Shown in pieces: positions 13,011-23,500 of a DNA stretch of 64,000 nucleotides (position 1 is its first letter; every line of letters begins with the position of its first letter). Both the position numbers and the translations under genes were made by a program. The notes beneath the pieces are model-generated. The model was not told the DNA's origin and searched no databases. It saw nothing but the letters and a program-made list of their open reading frames with translations. This DNA comes from Octopus bimaculoides (lineage: Eukaryota), in contig NC_068994.1 in NCBI RefSeq assembly GCF_001194135.2, forward strand, positions 45,012,260-45,076,259. Reading direction: 5' to 3'.

Positions 13011-15244
13011 TTGCCAGTCTGGTGCAGGATTCAGAGCCAGCAATTCTAAGGGGAGGGGATAATTCAATTACACTGACCCCAGTACTTGACTGATGCTTTA
13101 TTTTATTAACTCTGAAGGTATGAAAAGAAAAGTTGACTTTGGTAGGATTTGAACTCTGAGTGTAAATAACTGAAAGAAATGCCACTAAGCATAATGTCCA
13201 GCATGCTAATGATTCTGCCAACTCACTGCCTTATGCAGGCAACCAGCTTTTAAGTATTTAGGCCTGACACTAATTGTTCTTCATTGCACATTTGTTTCTG
13301 GATTGCAGTGTCTGCCTGCTGGAAAGTTTTCCCTTTGCACTTATCATTCTTGTCATTTCATTGGGTATGAAAAGCCTACTTTCTGTTGCTCAGCTACTTT
13401 ATTTAGGTGTTGTTCTTGTCAAACCAGTCTTGGTATTTTCTTACAGTTAAAAACCAAGAACTGACAAGAGGCAGAGATGCAATATGTAGAGAATACAAGT
13501 GTACACATTCAGGTTGTGCTGATATGAATACAATTCCATACTGTTTCAGTATATATGTCTGTAAACTATACACAGTTTGCCAATAAACTATTAATAAAAG
13601 AGTTACAGCAGTTGGTCACCAGTATCAAGCCATCTCTTTAATCTAGTACAGAGATGTTAAGCTTAGAAAGAGAACCTCTACAGAGCCACTCAACTTGCAA
13701 GAAATAAGCATCCAAATTAGCATGGCTATGTGGTTAAGTTTTTCAACCACATGGTTTCAGGTTCAGTCCCACAGCATGGCACCTTGGACAAATGTCTTTC
13801 AGTATAGTCCTAGACCAAACAAAACCTTGTGAGAGGATTTGATAGATGGAAACTGAAAGGAGCCTGATGTGTATATATATGTGTGTGTCTGGATGCCTTT
13901 CCTAATGCCAATCACCTTACAGCATGTGCCAGATGCTTTTTGTGTCATCAGTACTAGTGAGGCCATTATGTAGTTTGCAAGCTACAAACTCTGGAGAGGG
14001 AGGAGATTTCCTGTTATGAGGGGCAAAAGATGGGTAAAAGTATAAGGGCCCAGAGCAGAACAGGCCTAAAAATCTTACCCAGGGCTGTCTATATAGGGGA
14101 AGATAAACAGCTGACTATGACTGATAAAGGTCTTTGGATTTGACCGATATTTTATTGGCAGGTTGACAGGCTAAAGTTGAACATAATGCATTGTCCCTTG
14201 TTCTACCAATATCACAAGAAGCAGAAGGTCATTTATTTTGGAGAAAGAGCATAATTAATTTGTGCCCAGTATTTAATTAGCATTTTCACCATTATGAATT
14301 TGAAAGCTACTAATATCTGGATGGCTGGTGAGGAAGTTGGGAACAAGAGAGTTGTTGCTTTCTGCAGGTATAGTCTGATTGCTAGAGTTTATACCCTTCT
14401 GCAGCCTCAGAGCGAAAGCAACACTAAAAGAAAATTCGTTTGGGGTCCACATAGTCATTTGCTTGAAGAAACCTGGGTGACACCAATATCACTCAATCGA
14501 AACAGACCCCGTTTGTCCAAGATCCTTTCTTCTATTGATAATTCATAGGGTAGGGTGGGATAGTTTTTTTTTTTTTTGTAGTTGCTTCCATGAAAAAATG
14601 ATGGGGTTCCACAAGATAAGGAGTCTTAATAAAATATAAAAATAACGGATTCACTATTTCAAAGTAATATTTACAGCATTTTCTTTACTTTTTTTTTTTT
14701 GTTTTGTTATAAATACGATTTTTCTCTCTAAAACAATTTGTTTCATTTAATATCTTATCAAAATTAGGATGGAGGGAACTGTCCTTAAAATACAGGAACG
14801 AATTCCACAACGAAATAAGTTTGGGGAACAGCTGTAGTGGGGGTGGGTGAAATGTAATGGTATCGTCGACTGACTTATCTTCAGTGCCATCAGTAAATAA
14901 CTGGTACTTGGTTTAACGAACTCCTGCTGCATTTTAAAATTATTTTTGCCGTTCTTCACTTGCACCAGTGATTGATAAAGATATTGCTCTTGAAGTACTT
15001 AAATGGGCTGAGATTTATGAAACAGTATTTTGGGGTATGTGTGTTTGAATGTGTGAGATACCTACAGATGTTCGTTTATTCAAGAATTGTTCATGCTTTT
15101 CTAATCAGCATCAAACTGGTTAACAAACTAAAAAGAAAAATATATATTTTACCACACACAGACACATGTAACTCTCTATATAGGGTGACTTGGATGTTCC
15201 TTAAACATTTTGGATTAAACTATTAATGTGCTAAAGGGACTTTT

Positions 15245-15283
15245 GATAGTGTACATGAACATATATATATATATATATATATA

Positions 15284-15322
<39 letters not shown>
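15245..15322. repeat. (TA)n + (GA)n compound microsatellite at start of FAM98 intron
   Basis: Directly visible ATATAT.. and AGAGAG.. runs. Confidence 0.95.
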
Positions 15323-15325
<3 letters not shown>

Positions 15326-15331
15326 ACGAAC

Positions 15332-16518
15332 CTCCACCTTGATTCCAGTTGCTGCCCATCTGTTGTTGTTGCTGTTGTTTCTGGTCATTCCAGTTGCCCT
15401 GGATCCGGCCACCTCTACCGCCACCTCCACCACCACGGTCACTCTGGTAGTTCCCACCGCCTCCACGTCCTCCTCCACCGCCGCCACCCTGGTTAGCGTT
15501 CCTCTGCTGGAATGCCGGCATTTCGGGTGGTGGCGGTTCGTGTTCCCACGCCCGGCCACCACGATCGGGNNNNNNNNNNNNNNNNNNNNNNNNNNNNNNN
15601 NNNNNNNNNNNNNNNNNGCCCGATCCGAACTTTGTTGATGGCACACTGGGTTTTTTCACGTGCTTCGCCGCTGCTCGTCTTCTGGATCTGTAACAGACCA
15701 TCTCTGGCAGCAAGTATCTGACAGATGCCAATGTTAGATTTCGATGTTAACTTTTTGTTCCGGGCCTCGTACACAGCCCGAATCTGTTTTTCGTTTAACT
15801 TCGCCTTGTCCGACCACATAAACGATTGAATAGTAACATCCAGTCGTTTCAACAACATCTCTCGCCGGGTGTTGTACTCTACCGACAGTGAATTGTTAAT
15901 GTTTAAAATGTGGGCCCACTGTTTGTCAGACAATCGTGTCTTCATCAGAGATTTGCCCAGCTGGTTCGGATTTTTGCTCATCATTTCTTTAATCTTAGCT
16001 TCGACTTTGGAAAACAGCTGATTCGCCGTTATACTCGCCGGCGGTTTGGCAAAACCAAGAGCAATCAGCATGCTCTTGAGGAAAGCAGCTATTTCAGACT
16101 CGCTGCTAACTTCTTGGTTGTTCTTAACAGATACCAAAGCTATAGGCTTATTCACAGCTAGCATCATGGCACTTGCTAATTCCATGGTTAAATAGTCGAG
16201 TAGTTGCAGACGTACAGTCTTAGTGCTTAGTCGCTCGTTGATAGTTCCACCGGTCAAACTATTCACAGGACATTCGATCTCGCGAAGGAATGCGCTCAGT
16301 TCGAGCATGAATGTATCGCTATCACTAGATTCTGTGATGGGGTTTACATGTTCCTCCATGATTAGGAAGTCTTTCAGTTTGAGTGTAAGCCATGATACTA
16401 TCTGAGTAAACAGCGGTGACCGTTGTCCGTCTTCCAAAGCCTTGTCAAACTCTTCTCCATCAATCTGTTCAACTGGATAGCCCAAGTCTTCAAGAACGTC
16501 CAGCATGTCACATTCCAT
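15332..16518 (-). CDS. FAM98: FAM98 family protein (DUF2465; tRNA-ligase complex/RNA-granule component), main coding exon
   Basis: MECDMLDVLEDLGY..LFTQIVSWL..FMLELSAFLREIECP..RLQLLDYLTMEL..YNTRREMLLKRLDVTIQSFMWSDKAK..KTQCAINKVRIG[gap][18 protein letters not shown] followed by RGG-rich sequence. This matches vertebrate FAM98A/B ([31 protein letters not shown]). The apparent frameshift coincides with the 48-N gap at 15570-15617. Probable donor GGAG|GTTCGT at 15331. Confidence 0.95.
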
Positions 16519-17488
16519 AGCGAGATTTTAAAGCCGTGGATGGGCGATGCTGCTGCAAAACAAAGAAAAAGATAGAAAACAAGATGTAAATAGATAAATT
16601 GTTTAAAAAAGAAACAAGCAAGATTTAGTGAAATCAAATGAGAAATTAATGCAGCAAAACATATATAGACAGTAGGATAATCACCTAAAAAAGGACAGTC
16701 AATATGTCGAAAGTGCAGGTTAACCAAAGTTTTAGAACGACGTGTGGCAGGAAAACGTTGTCGATAAGAGTTACTTCCCTTTGCCGGCTAATATATATGT
16801 GCGTGCAATGTAACGTTTCGTACACGTTCGGCTTTTCCCGTCGATTAGGTAGGTGGAGCAGAGCGCAAAAGAAAGTATTACAGTATTTAGTTTCATCCCA
16901 ATCCCTTATGATTTTAATTTGAAAATTCACCGGGGCTGATTTTTCCTTCTATTTCAAATTAACGCTAGGATGTTGAAAACTATTATACTATTACATCTCC
17001 CTCTACCTACATCTACAAATACTTGTTCTTGTTCATGCTGCATTAACACTCGTGGTATTAAAAAAACGAAACTTTTTTTTGAAGTTAAAAAAAAAAAACT
17101 TTTTTAAGTTTTTTTTTTAAGTATGTCAAGTCTTCTATTATATATACTGAAATAAAAATGCAAAATTTATTTATTATATTAACACAAAAAAAAAGAGAAA
17201 TAACGGGAGTAATTACAGAAAATATCCTGAGGTTAACAACCTGGCGTGAATCACGTTTTAGTGCTTACAGCAGCACCACCACCGCCACGACGATTCTTCC
17301 TCTGATCATTGGCACCGCGTACATATGTCGCGCATGCGCCATTGGTAATGTGTAGGAGCCATCTTGGATCCTTTTTTTTGCAGCTGGAGTCGTGTGTCGT
17401 CGTGTTGAGGAGCCTCCGACACTCTCTCGCACACGCACACATTGTATTGCATATTTGTTGCAGCAACGTGTTTTAAAGAAAAGAAACC
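16519..17488. promoter_or_regulatory. Bidirectional CpG-rich promoter shared by FAM98 (-) and eIF3a (+)
   Basis: Start codons are about 970 bp apart, head-to-head. CpG is retained here, unlike in the gene bodies. Motifs: ATTGG (CCAAT) at 17308-17312 and 17341-17345, NRF1-type GCGCATGCGC at 17330-17339, YY1-type GCCATCTT at 17358-17365, and a pyrimidine run CCTTTTTTTT at 17370-17379. A FAM98 5'UTR acceptor (TTTGCAG/CAG) lies at 16554/16551. Confidence 0.7.
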
Positions 17489-17537
17489 ATGCCGACTTAT
17501 TTCTTAAGACCTGAGAATGCCCTCAACCGGGCTAACG
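17489..17537 (+). CDS. EIF3A: eIF3a exon 1 ([16 protein letters not shown])
   Basis: ATG at 17489; donor G|GTATGT; homologous to human MPAYFQRPENALKRAN. Confidence 0.95.
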
Positions 17538-20500
17538 GTATGTTATCCCATTCACCCATACTCACATTTTCTCCTCCATATATCATCAGGTTATATATAT
17601 ATACATATATATATATAGTCAGCGACTATACGTAATCACTTTACCTTACTGTATTCAAGAATCGAACTAATTTTTCTGCAACAAATTCTCTTTTGTCTTT
17701 CAAACTTAATACCATGTGACTGAAAAACTCACACACACACACACACATATATATAACGTTATACGAATAGCTGCATCGCGTTACCGAAAACGATGCTTTA
17801 AATTTATGTATGTATGTGTAACATTCCAGGCAGATATGCCAGTTAATTGCCTGCAGTCTATTCTTTGACTGCGGTACGACCTCAAAGGGTAAAAAACCCT
17901 CTTAGTAGTATCTACAGGATTATAAAGTCATTGTGATTTGCCAGTAATTTCTCTCTCTATTAAATTAGTGTATCTGTGCGTGTGTCTGAGTATACCGACA
18001 AAAGTTTCAATTTGCTGAAAAATTCCAAGAGACCGACGATGAATGGATATAATTAAACGCAGAAGCCGCTTTGAGTGGAATCCTCTTGTCGTCTCTAGCT
18101 GCTTTTAACATTCGAATCGGCTTCCATAAATATCCCTACCACCTCCCTTTTATTTAATTTTATTACTTTTTTTTATGGATCATCACTTCTTCCCCTTAAA
18201 TTCTGTTAAAACGTCAATCTAAAATGCCTTTTCCCAATCGAGATTTTGCGTAATAGTATATCTTTAAATCTCTGGAAGCACGTTGCTTCCATGCTCGACC
18301 TGTTGGTATGGCTGCTTTCTTCCTCGTGGCTGAAATACTCTCTAAGTCTTTTTAAAATATTTCTAATCGCATCTAACCCAATTTATATATTTCGGCTTAA
18401 AAAATACTCCCCAAAATATCTACAAGCAACAATGATATTAGTACTTGTTTTAATCAGTATCTGTTTAAATAATTAAATCTAGTTATTGAGGTTATATATC
18501 ATCTGAAATATACCGTGTATAATAGACTCCATCGTCATCGACTCTTTTTTTTTTTTTTTTTAACTAAATATCCGGGTACATGATTTCATAAATTCCTCTA
18601 ATTTGTTTATTCGTGGTTAAATAATAGCAATAATGTTCGTTTTGACTTGCTTAATATATAAAACACGTAAAATGAAATTGTATGAAAATCTTTATGTCGC
18701 CGATTCCAACTCGTTCTATTATTCCCGGCTGCAACATCCATATGGCGGGAGTCTTCGCTTCGAATTAGGGCTCAAAAGTGTGTGTGTGTATACACACATA
18801 TATATATAGTCCATAAAACCTGATGAACTTTTTTTCGTTTTATGATTTGTGCATATTCCCCCCTCCTCTCATTAAATACTTTATTTAAATATGTAACATT
18901 AACCATGTTCCTTTTATATGTGCCTGAATATACACACACAGTACGAACTGTGGCGTGGTTATTATATCTGACAATTAAGAAATTCCCGTCTGACCCCATT
19001 GCTTTGGTAATTGTACATTTTGTCGATATTTAATATTCTAGAAATGGATTTTATAAAATACAAACTTGAAATTCAGAAAACTCACTCTGCTTTGTTTCAT
19101 TGCCCACATTCCGCACTGATCACTTCATCTAGTCGATCATTTGGAATTCCTTCTCTCGCAGACTTATTTTCTATAGACGTTGGAGGGGAATGTGAACCTC
19201 ATCGATTTGATCGGTCTGTGAAGGTCATGAGTTTCGGCCACCACTTCTCACACAGCTGTAAAAATAAGAAGAAAAGCCATTAATATTATATTAACCATAC
19301 GTAAACGTTGTATGTTCCGATACACTGCAGTTAGTAATAAAACTCCTGGTTGTACGGCATGCCCTATTTCATTTATTATATGCCGGCATAGGAGGGTAGG
19401 ATGTGAGCGGAAAGCAATTTGGCTGCTGTTTCTAGCAGGTCGGGCGATCACGCTCCCTCATTGGCTCGAAGCATGGCTTTGTATCAATCAAGTCAAGTCA
19501 CTGGTGAAAATTTTACCAATATTTCTAAGACTGAAGCATTTCTACTAACGATAAAAGACTTAAAGAAATCGTAAAAAAAAATTGTGGTGTCAAATAAGTC
19601 TGAGAAAGGTTTAAAAAATAACTGGTAAAATTGAAAAGAAAAGTGTTCATCTTATGAAATATATATTTGCATATTCAGCCGTGTGTTCTTTGATCTTCAT
19701 AGTTAATTAACCGGAAGATTTTTTTTTTCTTGCTTTCAGTGTGATTGTAATTTTATATGATTTGACAATATACATGGAATTGTCAGTTTGTTTCAAAAAT
19801 TTAGTGTTACCATATGGTAATGAGAGCTGTTGTTTGATCAGCTAGAAATTAACTTCACTGCCTGTTAAATAATTATTTCTTGTTTTCACCTCAAACAATT
19901 TCATTTAGTTGACTGTGTCCAGAGATTGGAAATAAAAAGTTTGATTTATTTTGGAAATAGTTTGGTATTTATACAGACAGAAAGGTAACTGTAGACTAAA
20001 AGGAATTCAGATGCCACATCACAGAGCATTTTAAATAACCCTGTAGAAAGTTTCTAAGTTTGCATTTGAATGATTTTTAGTTCAGGGTTTCCTAAACAAG
20101 AAATGAAGTAACACAACTAAATAATTACTATTTCTAACCAAGCTGGATTTTTAATGTTCACTCAGCTAGTTGTAAATCCCAAATTATTCTAAAGTGAGAA
20201 CTTTATGTGTGTGTGTACCACCATCATCGTCAAATTATCTTACACTCATAATTTACCCATCTTACTTCAAAACGATTTGTGTTTTACAACCAGCAAAGTG
20301 AGCATTAAGAATTCAGCTTGATTGAAATAGTGATTACTTGCCATACTTTCATTTCCTCAGTCGAAAGTGATTTAAATGGAAACTAGATACTGCTTTATGA
20401 TGGGACATATAAATTCCCTTGTGTGTGTTTTTATAGATACCTATTTCCAATATAAATCAAAATTGCTGTAGAGGAGATACACGATTACAGTACATTATAT

Positions 20501-23500
20501 AAGCTTGGGTGGGAATAGGTGGAATGAGATAAAGATAGTGGTGATAAGGTATATAGGTACAAGAAAGTGAGTATAACAGAATACTGGAAGGGTAAGTGTA
20601 TGGGAAGAGTGACATGTGGTTAGAGATGGGGATATGAGTGAGAGTAGTGAATGGTGATTGAGGTTAAAAAAGTGTGGTCAGTGTTAAATATCAGATTGAG
20701 GGTGGGGAGGAGGAGGCAGTAAGTGTTTGTACATGGAGATTAGCAGTGTAATGAAATTGTCCGTAGATGGGAAAATAGGAGAGAGAGTGATAGAAATGGA
20801 GGCTTACAGTTACAGACGTGGAAGTCAGAGATATATAGGGGTGGGTGTAAGTGGTAGACAAAAGTAGTAGGGTGTCTGTGGCAGGAATGAGAGGGTGTTG
20901 AGAATGATAGCAGACATGGATGGGTTTTAGGGATGAGGTATGGCAGTTGTGAGATGTAGCTCAGGGGAAAGGGAAGGGTCAGCATAGGAAGTGGGTGATC
21001 AGCGGAAAATTAAGTGGCATGGGATGATATTGAGTGCCAGACCGATATTAAAAGGAAGCAGTTTCAAGGAGAAAAATAGCTGGTAGCACAAAAAGATGAA
21101 GTATGGGCAGTACTGTTCTCGTGGTTACAACAGCTGAATAGCCATGATTACAAGAGTGATAGAATGTGGTGTGTCAGGAAGATGAAAAGGGTGCAGGGAT
21201 AAAGCCCAGTTTGTATAGATGTAAACAATGCTTTCAGGACCATATTGTGTGTATATACACACACACATGCAGATATACATGTTGATATAATTCTAAGAAT
21301 GTAAAGAATGAAAAAGGTAAATAAAGACTACATATGTTTCTTAGCTAAACTTAATGTGTTACATAATTTGCAACACATACAAAACCTGTTTAGCTACTCC
21401 TTAGTTCATATTACTTTAAATTTTTTTACATTATCGCATGAAGAGTGAATGAGTCAGTTCAAGCATTATCTGCTATAGAAGTCAATATGGTGGGTAGATT
21501 TGACAGTCTACTCTGAGTTTCACGTTATATATATATATGTGTGTGTGCGTGCGTGCGTGTATATATATATATATTTAAGGAATGGAGTGAATGCATGTTA
21601 TAACTGCATACTTTATTCCGACATGTTTCGAAGAATTACAAATTATGCTATCCATACGAATCGTCGATGTTAAAAATGTAAACTTCTCCTCAGGGAAATG
21701 TATGGGAACCATCTTAAACTTAAGACATTATGACCGAGTATTCTTGCATATTTCACCTGTTTGAGGATGTAACCAGTATGATTAATGTTTTGTCTATTGC
21801 ATTTATAAATTACATTCATGAATTGTAAATATATATATATATGGTGTGACATTAATTAATTACTGGATACAGAAACATGTATTAAATGAAATAAATGAAT
21901 ACCAAATTGGTAACTGACAGTTATGAGGAGAGAGAATTAATCCAAATGATAAATAATCACTACTGTACTGTCAACAAATTTTCTTGACTGGAGGCATCAG
22001 TAAAGCGAAAACGTGAAAACAAATTTCTACGGGTGGCATCAGAAAGGCAGTGTGGTATTCCCAAAGAGATGTCGTCGATAGAGCAAAGTCAGATGACACA
22101 TCTTTACTGGAGCAAATATGGATCTAGTTTGTTTGGCTGCCAGCATTTCAGAAAATTTTTGTGAATTTGTATTCCACACATGGGAAATCAAATGGTTATG
22201 CTAAAAAGAAAAATTGTGGTGGATTTAAGGCCTAGGTCTATTTGGCTGCTATTTTTAGCACATATGACAACCATCTCAATGATTGCGACAAAAATATTCA
22301 ATCAATAAAGGGATGTCTTATGCGAGTAGTCAGATCAATAAAAATGCATCCTTTTTCTAGGCATGCCAAGATATAAGTAAATACAGACTTGATTTCTAAA
22401 AATTCTTTGTCGTCCACAAAATGTTCACATCACCCACCATTTTCTGGAAATTCGCCCATCGCCCACTGTTGGAAGCTATGTGCTAGACAATGAGGGTTAA
22501 GTTATGGTGCGAGCAAAGTAGGTTTTAGTATTTGGAGATACGTGGCTACTCACATTTAGAGAAAAGAGTGAGAAAGAATCGGTGGCTGTGAAAAGATAAA
22601 TATTGATGAAGCAGTATCTAAGTGAACCTTCAAAGTATGGGGGTGGAGTTGTAAGCATATATGGTGGGGTGCAAGAGATGGAAAGTGGGAAGATAGGTAC
22701 TGGCTATAAAAATTAGGTGGAATTGGAAAAGTAGATGTAGGTTGTAATATGTTTACACACACATTGTCATCATCAATTAACATCCACTTTTCCAAGCTTG
22801 CCTGGGTTGGACAGTTCTTTTGAAGCAGATTTTCTATGGCTTGATGCTCTTCCTGTTGCCAAACCTCACCTGTTTTCAAGCATGACCTGTTCTTGCAGAC
22901 TATTGGAAATGAATGCCACTTGTATGACAGTGACACTATCACTTGATGTCAAGATTCTTGCATATTTCACCTGTTTGAGGATGTAACCAGTATGATTAAT
23001 GTTTTGTCTATTGCATTTATAAATTACATTCATGAATTGTAAATATATATATATATGGTGTGACATTAATTAATTACTGGATACAGAAACATGTATTAAA
23101 TGAAATAAATGAATACCAAATTCACACCTCCTGTTTTTCTCTCGTGTGTGTGGTAAATTGTCCCATAAAATGGAGGATGAGTGTTTTATGATTTGTTACT
23201 TATATATCAGAATGGGTTTTAATCTAAACTAATTTAAATAAGAGATGGGTATTCTGATTGCTTAACCCATTAGCATTTAAACGGCCATATCTGGCCAAAA
23301 TATTCTTCCTCTTTTATATTCAAACTGGCCAGATCCAACATCTTGCACATCTCCTACAATGTCATGGTAAAAGTAACATTGAAATCTTGAAGCCTCAAAA
23401 TAATGTGTGATTAATTCAAAACAATAAATAAGCACTGCATTCAACAGAGTAATCTTAGTGCTAAAGGGTTAATGATTCAATAGCCATGTGGTTAACAGAA

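Noticed and set aside
15570-15617. Apparent frameshift in FAM98
   Set aside because: It coincides with a 48-N gap. Homology (IG-x-V-PDRGG) implies only about 5 missing bases, so it is an assembly gap-size artefact, not programmed frameshifting.
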